A DNA stretch of 64,000 nt, from the IMG/VR virus record IMGVR_UViG_3300025949_000016, one strand, 5' to 3'. Below the pieces are notes generated by a model. It did no database searches. It was given only the letters and a program-made list of their open reading frames with translations, and was not told where the DNA came from. The DNA is from a virus. The translations under genes and the position numbers were made by a program. Of the stretch, positions 39,801 to 49,423 are shown in pieces; the stretch's first letter is position 1, and each line of letters begins with the position of its first letter.

Positions 39801-42800
39801 CTCTTGAGGTACTATTTTACCTGAGTATATTCCAATATAAGCTCTATTAAAATCTGTTCTAAAAGCAATAATAGCATTAATATCAGATTCTGAATGCTCA
39901 ATATTTGGGCTCGGTAAATGCTGTAGTAAAATAGTAGCTTCTGGAATTTTAGCTTGAACCTCAGGATCAGTTAAACTATTATACATCTCTTCATAGGAAG
40001 ACATATTAGATAATTGAAGTGCGAGATTATTCCAAGTCTTTGCATAATCACAAAGTTTTGGAAAGCCATTTCCATCTAGCGCTATAGTAAACTTACCGTC
40101 TTTAAATTCAACTTCTGGAAGCATTCTTATTAAACTTCTAGTTTCAATGGATGCCGCTTTTATAGAAGATTGCTCATTACCAGAACGATCATATATTTTA
40201 TCGCTAAATATAGCCTCATATTCCTCAGGAGATTCATCATTCATCTCTTGATCGAATTCATTAATCTCATAATTTTCTTGACCTTCTTCAGTATTCTCAG
40301 TTAAATCCTCTTCATTCTTTGGAACATCAATAGCTATTTCTCCTGGTAGTCGAGTAAATAATTTAGATTCTTTTCTGTGATATTGTACAAAATCTTCCCA
40401 ATTAGTGAGAATACGATAAAGATCGTCAGCTAATTCTTCATTGATTTCTTCTCCCTGCTCTCCCTTTTCAAATAAAGGATTATAATACTTCTCAGCTATT
40501 TCTTCATAAATATTTTTATAAACTATTTCCTGAAGTTTCTTATTAGTTCTGAATTCACCTATTGGTCTTTTAGCTATAATTAATTCATTACCTAAAAAGT
40601 AATCAACCACACCTCGATAATAAGCTGCTTTTTGATTATTTACAATTTCTTCTCCTTTTTGATTTAATGCTTTAGAATTAAGTTTTCCCCACATGGCATT
40701 ATTAATAGAAGGAGTATAATGACTTAAATTACCTTTATAAAGATCGTCATATAATTTGGCAACATTAATATCACCAAAGAAGAACTTTTTAATAAAATCT
40801 AAAATACGTCTGAATATATTATTACGATAAGGTCTATCAACTAATCTAGATTTACCATCTGATTCAGAATAATCTCTAAAATCATCTGCTATAAATTCTT
40901 CTAACTGAAAATCAGAAGCTGTTTTAGTATTTAGCTTGTTACCATCCCTATCTACAAAATTAATATCTTTTTTTCTTGCTTCATCATATAAAGACCTTTT
41001 TTCTTTTTCAGTAAGAAATAATTGAGAGAAATGATGCCATTGCTCATGGTAAGCATCTCCTTCTCTAGCATCTCTATATAAAGAAATTCCAGCAGTTGTC
41101 CAAGTAGCTCTAGCATCTGAATTAATTATATCATTAACTCTTTTAGCAACTTCCTCGCCAAAGGTTTTATTAACCTTATCTATTTCAGATTGTTGTAAAG
41201 GGCCTCTATTTTCTCTAGTATCTATTTTAGCTTCAAGAGATTCATATCCTTTTCTACCCTCTTTACTGATTTTTTTAAGAGGTTCTTTAGTTAATGTTTT
41301 ATTTTCCTGTTGAACTTCTTTTCTTATAAGTGATGTAAATCCAAAGTTACCTGGAAGATTAAGATATCGTTCCACAAACCTTTCGTCTAATTCATCACTG
41401 TCTCCTTTAAATGCATTTTCACCATTTTCTTTATACGCATCCCAAACTCTTATTACTCTTGAGTGAGTAATAATAGCTGTATTTTCAATGTCAGGATTTT
41501 CAGAGAATTCTTTATAAGCTTTTAATGCCCTATTTAAAAATGCTCTAAAAGTTTCTCCTAGCTTAATACCGTATTTTTCTGTAGCATCTGGATGAGTAAC
41601 AAAATATTCCTCATCAAAAGATGAATTAGGTTTACTAGTAAACTTTCCAATATTCCAAGTTTCTAGTAATTTATTAGTGTTAAGTTCATTTTTAGTATAT
41701 TCACTAGGTCCTTTAGCGATACCAAGAACGTCTGCTACAAGTCTTGCAGTTTGCCTTGCACGCTCAATAGGAGAACTTATAATTTTCTTGATGTTAAATT
41801 TCTTAAGTTTCTCTCCTAAAGTTTTGGCCTCCTGAATACCTTGCTCATCTAATGGTACATCATTTTTACCAGAGTTTAAGCTTTGCCTATCTTCAGAGTT
41901 CTTAGCATGTCTAAATACAGGTATTTCATTTTTATTAAACTGCATGATTCTCTCTCCAGGAGGCGTACCTTCTTTTCTAGAAAGGTTTCTCTTCATGGAT
42001 TCTGTAGAATCTAAAAAATCAAATATAGCATAACTATTAAGTCCAATATAACGATTACCCTCTGAAGTTATAATAGGTATATCTCTTGTAGTAGAATTTT
42101 CAAATATAAATTTTTTATAATCATCATCTGTAATATATCCTATTTTATTATCTTTTGTTAAAGTAAGCCTATCAAAAGTATTGTTTTCTATATTAAGTCT
42201 TACTATATTTAATCGCTGATTATCAATAAAAGTCTGGGCAACTTCGGGCTCTAATATTAGATTATTTTGAATTATCCTTAATATGAATTTTCCATTATCT
42301 AACTCTCTAATTATAATGCCAGGACGTTTAGATGTACCTAAGAAAAGTAATTGTTCTAAGTAATCTTTTACTACATTAGCATCATTTTCGTCATCGTACT
42401 GATTACTTAATAGTTTAATAACATCTTGATATATATCCGGGATATCTGTAATCCTATTAGGTATTAATCTAATATAAGAAGTGGCATTCTCATGATTATC
42501 TATTACTTGTGCATATAGGCCACCATTTAATAAAGCCTTATTACCTACTAGAACATATTTATTCTTAAGAGGGTTTTCAGGATCAAATCTTTCTAATGGC
42601 GAAGGAGGTATGAATAAGCGACTATTTAAATTACTAGGAATAACATCACTGGTCTTAATAGGATCTTTTGATTTGTTAGATACACCTGGAGTAACTGCTT
42701 TAATATCAACGTATACCTCTTTACCTTGGTCCGTTAGCTGTCTAGCTAAACTTTGCTGCTGTTGCTCTAGTTCATATTGTGCAATGAAATCATCATAAGA

Positions 42801-45800
42801 TTTTCCAGTACGATTTTCTCCTATAATGGCACGTAAAGCCTCTCCTTCTTTCCATTTTATACTATTAAATGAATAGACAAGAGGTTTCCATCCTTCTTTG
42901 GGTTCTGCAGAAGATTCATATAAAGGACTAAAATAAAGCGTATTACGATCCATATCCGTAATAACAAGAACTGATCCATAAGGATTTCCTGATTCTAAAT
43001 AGGCTTTTGTTTCTTCAGAATGAGGTAAATCTGCGTTATCTTTAATAATCTTAGCATGAATACCTTCATTTGGAATACCGTCTTGTGTTAAGCGTCTAAG
43101 ATAACCTTGCTTGAATTGCTTATAAGGATCTTCATCTAGCTGCCGATTATAGTGTCCATTCTCATCAGTTAATTCTTCCTGTGTAACTGTTTTATTAGAA
43201 CTTTCATAAGCTATATAAGAAAATGATTCTCCATCCAAATTTTCATCTGGTATTTCGTTAGTCTCAGGATTAAAGTCTTTAGATACATCACCTACTTCAG
43301 GATTTTCATCAGGAGTTTTTTCAGTACTTTCTTCTATATCGTCCTCGCTTAATTCCTCTTCTTTAGGTACATGAGTAGCATAGTGTTCTTCTACTATATC
43401 TGTATCATCCTCTACCTTATCAGAATTTTCATCTTCTATATCTTTTTCATTATTATCAAATATAGTACCAGTTATCTTTTTAGTATTTAACTGGTTTAAT
43501 AACTCCATCTCATGAAGCTCGTCTATATTACCTGCCCTAGATTCATCGTTAATGAGTTTAGATAATTTAGTAAACTCATCCATTTTAATAGTCTTTCCAT
43601 GAATATCTATTATAGTTCTAAGTTCATCAAACCGCTTATCTTGTAACTCAGGACTTTTAGATTCAACCTTTTCTTCCTGATTTAAAGCGTGTACATCATC
43701 TAAGTATTTTTGACTTATTTTACTACGTTCTTCATTAGTCTTAGCTTTCTTAAGATCTTCATTTCTTTTGTCTAGAAGAGATTTGGCTATTTTTTGTTTC
43801 TCTGTTAACTCAGGTTCTTTTTGTGTATTTTCTAAAGGTTTATTTTCTTTAGTTTTTTGTTCTTCTTTCTTTTCTTCTTTCTGTTTTTCCTCTTCTTGTT
43901 TTTGAATTTCTTTAATTTGTTCTTCAAAGGCTTCCGCTTGCTTATCAAACTTCTCTTTAGTATAAGTAGAATTATTCAAGTGACGGTTATATTCATCTCT
44001 TACATCTTCTATGGTGTTACTTAACTGAGCATCTTTAATAGTCAAATCATGTAATTCAGAAGCTAGAGGGTGTTTATTTTTATTCTCATCTTTGTAGTAA
44101 AAATAACCATCTTTATCCTGTTTTAGTTCTTTAACAGTATCTTCGTTATCCTTTACTAGTTTATTATATTCTCTTGAATAATCATCTAGCTTTTTAATAG
44201 CATTGGACTTATTAAGTTCTGAACTATTTTCAACTGCCGCTTTTTGAGCTTCAATTCTTAATTTAGCAACATTTGCTTCATGAACAAATGAATCAGTAAC
44301 ATCACTATTACCTATTCTATTACTTACATCTCTTATTTCATTCTTTAATTTATTATGTTCATCAATTAAAGCTTGAGATGTTGCTCCTAAACTAAAGAGT
44401 TCATTCTTTCTAAATTGATTAACTATAGGATCATTACCTGATAACTTAAGCTTATCTATAATTCTACTTAATGACTTAATATTATTAGCGTAATTCTTAT
44501 ACTCCTCAATTTGGCTACCAACTCCTTCTTTACTGTCTGGATCAAATCCAAGTCTTGCCAAGTCTTCGGTTTTCCAATTTCTCATGTTATCCAACTGACT
44601 TATGAGTTTATCATAAGATCCGTTATTTATATGAGATTGAACTAATGATGCAAATAGTTGCTTTTGAAGAACGTTTCTAGTGATAAGATCTTGGATAGAT
44701 TGAGCAGCCTTCATCTTATCCGTATTAGCTGATTGAGTAAGTAAAACGGCTGCCGCTTTTTGATAATCTGTTTTTAGTTTTCCATCTTCACCAATAGAAT
44801 ATATATCTTGAATCTTTAACCAATTATTACGGACTTGATTTAGTGCATTTAGAGCTTCTTTACCGTGGCTTTGTTCTTTGGTATACTCCTTACCTATTGC
44901 TTCCATAGATGTTCCAAATAAGCCACCTATTAGAGCTCCTACACCTATATTCATAGCAGTATCTCTATCCTTACCTTGAAGAGCGTTAAGAGTCTGGTGC
45001 CACATTTGACCTAATACTCCACCTGCATAAGTGAAAGGATTATCACCTTTATTCTTACCATTTTCGTTATACTGTTGAATAGCTTGTTGAATATTTTCTT
45101 CATAGAAGCCTTCCACTCCAATGCCAGTCAAAGCTTTCTTTCCATAGAATCCTAATTTGCTAGTTTTTGGAATAGTATATTCTTCTAGTAAAGAACTTTG
45201 GCCAAGTTTAACAGCTCCTTCTTCAACTCCTTTTTTACCTAAAGCTTTAAATATAAGATTGGATTCCCAGAGATTAGATAAGGAAAGCGCAGCTAAGTTA
45301 GATAAAAAAGAGTTACGAGCACGGTCTCCTGCTATATTTTGAGCCTCTTGATCTGTATATTTACCAGTTGCCATTAGTTTATTATACACATCATCTCTTA
45401 CCTGCTTTGCTTCAAACATAGATTCTGAAGCTGTATTAAGAGCTGTAGTAAATCCAATATCAAATTTACTAGCTAATTTTCCAGCTCCGTTGGCTAAATA
45501 TTCTCCAGATGCTCCTATTGCATCTCCCATACCAAGTCCACTTGCGATCTTTGCACCTAATGAAAGTTTAGAAATAGCAGCACCAGGAATAAAAGCACTT
45601 GCCATAAAAGCAGCAGCATCTATTACATCTCCAGACCAAAACGTTTGATCTTTAATAGCACGTTCAAAAAATCCCATATCTCTTGCAGCAGCACTTTGAT
45701 AAACTGGAAGCCATTGATTTTTTATTTTATCTTCCATTCCTTCAAAGAACTTAGCAAACATATTATCCCCTGCTGCACTTATAGTGTTCTTTTCAAACCA

Positions 45801-46298
45801 ATTTACAGGATTAGCAAGACCAAGTAAATAACCAACACCTGTGCCTAATTTAGAAATAGTAAGTAAAGGAAGGCGAGCAAATATGGATTTTCCAAAAAAT
45901 TCCCAAGCAGCATTTTGATGCTGATTATAAAAGTCTTCATTATCTCTGGTTACATCAAATCCAAAGTTTTGATTAGTATAACGCTCCGTTTGTGATTGAG
46001 GTAATAAAATATCAGGTAGTTTTTTAAAACTATCAGGATACTGATTAGCTGCTTTTTGAACTAATGAACTATAAAAAGCATTATTATATTCAGGAGATGT
46101 TTTATCTAGATTTATGTTTTCTCCAGGAGATACTGTTCCATATAAACCTTTAGGAGCATGAGGTTGCTCTATATCATTAGGATTAGTAAATTGACTAGAC
46201 TGATCTCCAAAGAAATTATTAAGTCTTGCTTGCGTATCTTTTTGCATAGCAAGAATATCTGTATCGTTAAATCCAGTAAAAATATCAGATGTAGACAT
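33813..46298 (-). CDS. virion DNA-dependent RNA polymerase (crAss-like), multidomain
   Basis: 4161 aa; GYRIPTQG and GSDFDIDKL (DFDID at 36726-36740). Confidence 0.9.
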   Translation of the reverse strand: MSTSDIFTGFNDTDILAMQKDTQARLNNFFGDQSSQFTNPNDIEQPHAPKGLYGTVSPGENINLDKTSPEYNNAFYSSLVQKAANQYPDSFKKLPDILLPQSQTERYTNQNFGFDVTRDNEDFYNQHQNAAWEFFGKSIFARLPLLTISKLGTGVGYLLGLANPVNWFEKNTISAAGDNMFAKFFEGMEDKIKNQWLPVYQSAAARDMGFFERAIKDQTFWSGDVIDAAAFMASAFIPGAAISKLSLGAKIASGLGMGDAIGASGEYLANGAGKLASKFDIGFTTALNTASESMFEAKQVRDDVYNKLMATGKYTDQEAQNIAGDRARNSFLSNLAALSLSNLWESNLIFKALGKKGVEEGAVKLGQSSLLEEYTIPKTSKLGFYGKKALTGIGVEGFYEENIQQAIQQYNENGKNKGDNPFTYAGGVLGQMWHQTLNALQGKDRDTAMNIGVGALIGGLFGTSMEAIGKEYTKEQSHGKEALNALNQVRNNWLKIQDIYSIGEDGKLKTDYQKAAAVLLTQSANTDKMKAAQSIQDLITRNVLQKQLFASLVQSHINNGSYDKLISQLDNMRNWKTEDLARLGFDPDSKEGVGSQIEEYKNYANNIKSLSRIIDKLKLSGNDPIVNQFRKNELFSLGATSQALIDEHNKLKNEIRDVSNRIGNSDVTDSFVHEANVAKLRIEAQKAAVENSSELNKSNAIKKLDDYSREYNKLVKDNEDTVKELKQDKDGYFYYKDENKNKHPLASELHDLTIKDAQLSNTIEDVRDEYNRHLNNSTYTKEKFDKQAEAFEEQIKEIQKQEEEKQKEEKKEEQKTKENKPLENTQKEPELTEKQKIAKSLLDKRNEDLKKAKTNEERSKISQKYLDDVHALNQEEKVESKSPELQDKRFDELRTIIDIHGKTIKMDEFTKLSKLINDESRAGNIDELHEMELLNQLNTKKITGTIFDNNEKDIEDENSDKVEDDTDIVEEHYATHVPKEEELSEDDIEESTEKTPDENPEVGDVSKDFNPETNEIPDENLDGESFSYIAYESSNKTVTQEELTDENGHYNRQLDEDPYKQFKQGYLRRLTQDGIPNEGIHAKIIKDNADLPHSEETKAYLESGNPYGSVLVITDMDRNTLYFSPLYESSAEPKEGWKPLVYSFNSIKWKEGEALRAIIGENRTGKSYDDFIAQYELEQQQQSLARQLTDQGKEVYVDIKAVTPGVSNKSKDPIKTSDVIPSNLNSRLFIPPSPLERFDPENPLKNKYVLVGNKALLNGGLYAQVIDNHENATSYIRLIPNRITDIPDIYQDVIKLLSNQYDDENDANVVKDYLEQLLFLGTSKRPGIIIRELDNGKFILRIIQNNLILEPEVAQTFIDNQRLNIVRLNIENNTFDRLTLTKDNKIGYITDDDYKKFIFENSTTRDIPIITSEGNRYIGLNSYAIFDFLDSTESMKRNLSRKEGTPPGERIMQFNKNEIPVFRHAKNSEDRQSLNSGKNDVPLDEQGIQEAKTLGEKLKKFNIKKIISSPIERARQTARLVADVLGIAKGPSEYTKNELNTNKLLETWNIGKFTSKPNSSFDEEYFVTHPDATEKYGIKLGETFRAFLNRALKAYKEFSENPDIENTAIITHSRVIRVWDAYKENGENAFKGDSDELDERFVERYLNLPGNFGFTSLIRKEVQQENKTLTKEPLKKISKEGRKGYESLEAKIDTRENRGPLQQSEIDKVNKTFGEEVAKRVNDIINSDARATWTTAGISLYRDAREGDAYHEQWHHFSQLFLTEKEKRSLYDEARKKDINFVDRDGNKLNTKTASDFQLEEFIADDFRDYSESDGKSRLVDRPYRNNIFRRILDFIKKFFFGDINVAKLYDDLYKGNLSHYTPSINNAMWGKLNSKALNQKGEEIVNNQKAAYYRGVVDYFLGNELIIAKRPIGEFRTNKKLQEIVYKNIYEEIAEKYYNPLFEKGEQGEEINEELADDLYRILTNWEDFVQYHRKESKLFTRLPGEIAIDVPKNEEDLTENTEEGQENYEINEFDQEMNDESPEEYEAIFSDKIYDRSGNEQSSIKAASIETRSLIRMLPEVEFKDGKFTIALDGNGFPKLCDYAKTWNNLALQLSNMSSYEEMYNSLTDPEVQAKIPEATILLQHLPSPNIEHSESDINAIIAFRTDFNRAYIGIYSGKIVPQENGTNLFYFNEETKRNRDQVSRLWTNNFVGRLTTDPDVVNENILADPETGKYYLNPNKVLTYNMATPQGRDAFLKLVGFSFSEQTKKQPFYRNELSQYLKNIQDNINIRHQYGQRIFNPIFDLKSDMYGNGVFLAPGLQGTFNGLLFLEAKFSTEAPSLSYQTSEGEMIYGLSLNHTLSIVSNKINRARSYRDIINDPTTQYLDFTNNPYVKGSIFLEYLFDPKTGEKRDNNIIVGNYNGLKGEDKNGNTVGYSTTNLNVRQKAIFDLNSLLSRGAVEVMRTESSKSAYFIKLEKYKGKDKLDPSKAYLPVGISEFTASFGSPTFGHIMIDNYLTDELNRMKTADDVDIYKKNPQLLKEAKGFNLFRDILRLDIKDTEKLKNTLKSDLEKFSPKEVIQRNRNDIEKAIEFYFTDQLAKFKKLLLEENITHADLGTNITGKAFDQKIRAFLANDFILNVEYTKLFNGDTIYQVDYKDYFKRSKGDISTGKTPITDELFARHMQKSENNTFAGFMGSLVQNNYKTTRTVNFADDERASKYLEIYKKDLKAVNPSLSQNDLNKFLDKYGKLNIGDGQGWITLDFYRQFLKSINNWSDDQERMYKVELAKWRLAHADFNSNYSNEQKELDREFLQKNKDTYSYFPPLKIQYNGPIQATGTAAMVMDKFSVAPLIPSIIQNTPLEQVHNEMIKHGVGYAKFLSGTKKYKAPAYSLYNEDGFSGVDLSKADLSTHFLDYLKEQINTSPKIKEESIFGSQVRKLIEANIFSNGEASEQDTERHERYKSYIRGIVNLGKDALYKELSLKEEGGKLFIENMPKFISTIQAQADLRDLNDNIKDYIQYDESTKKMMFPLEASLNRRAIQDLIMGVIDRKLRIQKLSGDQLIQISSSGFQSNDFKYRNATEDEIKKYGTNGLKFYHMEYDENGKPLRTSKAQVKVALIGGFEKLLFKQHPDGENIGTLERLNEALKNDKWRNNNAKKISLIGYRIPTQGHNSIENLEVAEFLPPHAGSVAIVPAEIVAKAGSDFDIDKLSIFRPSLDDQGNLITDNSKEGYANKIIDLFSEILSDPKTFEKLIRPNDTDLIKGEVNQIAVDIGKRRQGDIDDPRPYSGTQIYRYQSNLRKFETLLSAKKLLAIFAVNNTFTTLMQQAGVTMNNHYQLTNSPVIRNVRLMLLSPKERDKVMKNGRINLGDKYSVDGTLKQDYLNQLINATVDAASDDFFGYVNASFENVNVLCHLINQGVPFDRAMRFLNQPALLRYYSDLRKKGVFESKTDIQARILGQLTDQNFYYTNEQGHLKLDYKEFNNAVNRVLNGKDIDKFYLSKDILKRTTVKQSKVDEFLSEQRNKSYNAIVFAYFISLQEQAQLFRNFQTLLNFDTTKISSPISVWQAFDAISNLGRNRMFNIEEFGKMLDKSVIAPFENRKLIATIGAQLMPVAFNPRFTQQIIPFINGQVQFKNRTIQRKTIGNIENQWIEYAVKSMAKIGDTALQRYGKYLTEGKNNVARRFNELISKYPGLKTDYSLVNRIRPNFSNKAQVKKSNIEIYRLFENTTDDQNRYIAEFRELINLDNSRKYTPMEADEIRKFFTDMAILGFVQSGFSKSNISYQELVPYEVLADIFKTAIKNLMKYVGNDPELMKDYSKEFIAQFNNLNGSTNIQSWRGRDYYLSPKISEEIAKKTGKINIIKHQIQTKSEPAPYENVVRKETKETKQVSIPFQLDNIKKILEGKKTTTTRNEAAARSIGLNPGETGIMKLGDTPFNVHYRGMLNITEAGGQKAILQSEGVNSVNDFKFQQTKDWFNGKGKLAVYDISPVAPSNPQIEQKQLLETPIKTERQYWPGEEVGENESEFKQALGKAEFKLMMDQLSNYEPEFYDAPLDTKPDNLHEESVTTRLTPENFENFWKLYQKFGDSLLSEYETLEDLIKDLKSITNDKFDLIYPTITKALEAYQNDEVPEENLEEVERVLSEYGLLRYKNIDEFNPNQLKLFTDEEYEQMLKNCK

Positions 46299-48850
46299 TA
46301 CTTAGTTTTATAATCTGGTACGCCACCAGTTGTTCTAATCAAATTTAAAAAGTCTTGCTGACTTAAATTACCAAGGGTTGTTGCAATTTGAGCGGCAGAT
46401 TCTAAGGTGTTAAAAGGAGCTCCATTCATATCAGACCCAAACATCGCTCCAGAATAAGGATCTACTATTGTATAAGATGGATGTCCATTTTGTATATTAA
46501 CTTTAAATTGAAAATTTCTATTACCCCATTGTGCTGGTGCTGTATCAAATATATCATTAGGAGTAGCGGTAGATCTAAAGTCTACTAGTCTTTTGATAGG
46601 AGATAATTTAACGTCCTGAAAAGATTGTGCTTGTGTTAATTGGCCATATTTATCTCCAGGTAAAAAGAAAGTGTCATCTGCTTTTATATATCTCCCTCCC
46701 TCTGCTTTAACTCTATCTTTAATTTTATCAATATTTACATGAGCATCTCCTTGAACTTTAAAATAAATTCCTCCACTTGCATCTTTTGCACTTAATAACA
46801 CATCCTCAGGTTTAACTACATAATCACTACCAGCAATTGCTCTTAATGTAATTTGATGGGCTGCATTGTAATAAGGATTTTTATCATTTTGAAATAAGTT
46901 TTCAATACCAGCTATTCTAGTTATATTTTGTTTTAGAATATCTGCTCTTTTAGATTCGAAATCTCCAGTTACTTTAGATATATCATTTAAAGCTCCCTGT
47001 AATGTTTGACTAGAGAAATCATAGTTTTTTCCTTGATATCTTATTACTTGAGATTCAACGGTTGTTGGCGTTCCTGAAACATCTCTAATTGTTTTTTCAG
47101 TTCCAAGACTCATAGTGGGATGAGTACCATTTAATATTCTTTTTATATCATCAGCAGTTAAGTTAAAATTAAACTTTGTTGGAGATATACCTGAATATAT
47201 ATCCCCTGTTTGATTAAATTCTCGTAAACTTAAAGATCCTCCGCTTTTAATATTATTGATAATATTTTCTCTCCCTTTATATATCTCTGGATATTTTTGA
47301 GCAAGTTGTCCATTAACGTAATTATCAATACCTGCAAACATTTGATCCTCGGCTGATTTCTTAGCTGCTGATTGTTTGTATTGATCTAATGCTGCTTTAC
47401 TTCTAGGATCTGCCCAAAACGCTTGCGTTGCAGCATCCCTTGTCTCTTTAGGTATGGACGTATCTGTTACATCTACTCCTCTAGCATCTTTTATTTGTTT
47501 ATTTAAATTATCAACAGCTCCTTGCCAATCTTTTTCACTAGAAGATCTTAGTTCATTATATTTACTTACTCCAAATTCTTCATCGTTAAAATTATCAGCC
47601 GTTTTATATCCAGGTATGCCTAAAAGAGGTTGACCATTCAATCCTTTAAGTCCAGCTATCTGAAGTTTAGTATCATTATTTAAATTAGCAATTTTCCATT
47701 TTAAATCAGAAGCTATATTAAAACGATTATTCTCATTAGCTTCTTGATACATTGTTTTCCAAACTTGATCCGGAGTATACTTTATATCAATATTTTTTTG
47801 AGCCGAGGCTTTACTTAAATAATCCATATAGTTACTTGAGTAGATACTAGCAGCTATTTGATTCTTATATGGAAGAATATTAGAATAATCACCGGCTTTT
47901 ATTTTAGTATTTTCTCTAGTGGCGTCATCTAAGAGTCCTTTATAATTATTAATTTGCGTATTAATATCTTCTTTCTGAGCATCAGTTGCTCCATTTAAAG
48001 CTCCCTGTAATTCTCTAAGCCTAGAATTATAAGCGTCTATTCTTTCTTGATTATGATTAGCATAATCTGATATAAGTGCGTTAGGATTATCATGATATCT
48101 CACTCTACCATCTATGGCTAACTGATTTTTAGCTTTATCTGATAGGTGAGCATCCATATATGCTCTATATTGAGATGCTATTATAGATTTATCCGTCTTA
48201 TTTAACATGTAACCACTTGGATTACCGCCCCTATCCGTTGGTTTTCCATTAGCGTCTAAATACATAGGAGTAGTAAGTGACATTGTGTCAGGTTTAAAAC
48301 TCCTCTCTAGTGTTCTTATCTCAGCAGCAACGTCAGTATATGGAGTATAAAAAGCACGTGTAGAATAATGAGAACGCCAGTTAGCAGCAGAAGAATCATT
48401 AACAAAATCTTGGAGATGGTTACTAAGATCTCTAACGTTAGTTTCACTATATTCTTTTCCATTATCTTTAGTTCTATAAGATTGAGCTGTGGCAAATTCT
48501 TGTTTATAATGTCTTGTAATAGCATTATCACCCATTATATTATCATCATGAGTAATGGGATCAAATACCTTCATGGCCTCGCCATAATTTTCACCTAATG
48601 ATAAATCTGTTTTAACTACTCTTTGAAGATTTTCATTAACCCCTTGCATAAGTTGATTAAGGCGTTCATGATTATCAGCTCTACTTAAATCTAAGCCTAA
48701 GTAGTTTTGATATGCATTTCTAAGATTAGATGCAGCTCCTTCCCAATATTGGTTACGCGTTTGAACTGCTCCTATGATTTGTTGAGTAGGTAACTGATAC
48801 GGATTAGTTACGTATGATTGAGCATCATATGGAGTTTGATATCCGGCCAT
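46298..48850 (-). CDS. virion cargo protein upstream of the RNA polymerase
   Basis: 850 aa, Q/N-rich, coupled to the RNAP gene. Confidence 0.65.
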   Translation of the reverse strand: MAGYQTPYDAQSYVTNPYQLPTQQIIGAVQTRNQYWEGAASNLRNAYQNYLGLDLSRADNHERLNQLMQGVNENLQRVVKTDLSLGENYGEAMKVFDPITHDDNIMGDNAITRHYKQEFATAQSYRTKDNGKEYSETNVRDLSNHLQDFVNDSSAANWRSHYSTRAFYTPYTDVAAEIRTLERSFKPDTMSLTTPMYLDANGKPTDRGGNPSGYMLNKTDKSIIASQYRAYMDAHLSDKAKNQLAIDGRVRYHDNPNALISDYANHNQERIDAYNSRLRELQGALNGATDAQKEDINTQINNYKGLLDDATRENTKIKAGDYSNILPYKNQIAASIYSSNYMDYLSKASAQKNIDIKYTPDQVWKTMYQEANENNRFNIASDLKWKIANLNNDTKLQIAGLKGLNGQPLLGIPGYKTADNFNDEEFGVSKYNELRSSSEKDWQGAVDNLNKQIKDARGVDVTDTSIPKETRDAATQAFWADPRSKAALDQYKQSAAKKSAEDQMFAGIDNYVNGQLAQKYPEIYKGRENIINNIKSGGSLSLREFNQTGDIYSGISPTKFNFNLTADDIKRILNGTHPTMSLGTEKTIRDVSGTPTTVESQVIRYQGKNYDFSSQTLQGALNDISKVTGDFESKRADILKQNITRIAGIENLFQNDKNPYYNAAHQITLRAIAGSDYVVKPEDVLLSAKDASGGIYFKVQGDAHVNIDKIKDRVKAEGGRYIKADDTFFLPGDKYGQLTQAQSFQDVKLSPIKRLVDFRSTATPNDIFDTAPAQWGNRNFQFKVNIQNGHPSYTIVDPYSGAMFGSDMNGAPFNTLESAAQIATTLGNLSQQDFLNLIRTTGGVPDYKTK

Positions 48851-49350
48851 TATTTATTTTCAAAAAGTTTTTCTAATTGTTTATCTGTCATCTCTCCTCT
48901 TTCTTTATCTTTATCCCACCGATTACAACATGCATGTTGATCAATTATTCCAGGAGTATCTCCATCAAAATCATTTCTTACTCTTTTGCAAGATTGAATT
49001 TTAGATGAAAAGTACTCACATCTACCACAGGTAAAGCCTTCTTTATTCTCTGTATATCCAGCTTCTAGTTTAGTAACTAAACCAAAGTAAGGTAATGATT
49101 TAGCCAATTCGGATTCAGGACTTTTATGTATAAATAAATTACAACCACCTATAGGACTTATATTTTCAGAAGATCCAAATAACGCACATTTAGTAGATTT
49201 CTCTTTAGAAAAGACACACTCATCACAGTGATATTTAGTTTCCGGTCTGTATAAGTAACCAGCAGCTTGCTTTGGCCATTTTTCTTTATCTTCTGAAGGC
49301 ATATTTCTTTTTTGAACTTGCCTCATTAAGTCTATTATTTTATTTTCCAT
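48850..49350 (-). CDS. tandem HiPIP-like four-Cys repeat protein
   Basis: two Y..CxxC...C...CxxF/W units; start re-assigned to ATG 49350. Confidence 0.55.
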   Translation of the reverse strand: MENKIIDLMRQVQKRNMPSEDKEKWPKQAAGYLYRPETKYHCDECVFSKEKSTKCALFGSSENISPIGGCNLFIHKSPESELAKSLPYFGLVTKLEAGYTENKEGFTCGRCEYFSSKIQSCKRVRNDFDGDTPGIIDQHACCNRWDKDKERGEMTDKQLEKLFENK

Positions 49351-49379
49351 TAATTTACTAGATTTAATAAATCTATAAT

Positions 49380-49411
49380 ATAATATACAATAATTTTGTA
49401 TATTTACCAAT
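49380..49411 (-). promoter_or_regulatory. candidate second-class (late) promoter
   Basis: ATTG - 20 nt - TATATTAT on the minus strand. Confidence 0.5.
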
Positions 49412-49423
49412 TAATTTTTAATA

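Noticed and set aside
49351-49410. TTG-initiated N-terminal extension of the Cys-rich ORF
   Set aside because: Overlaps the promoter-like motif; ATG 49350 preferred
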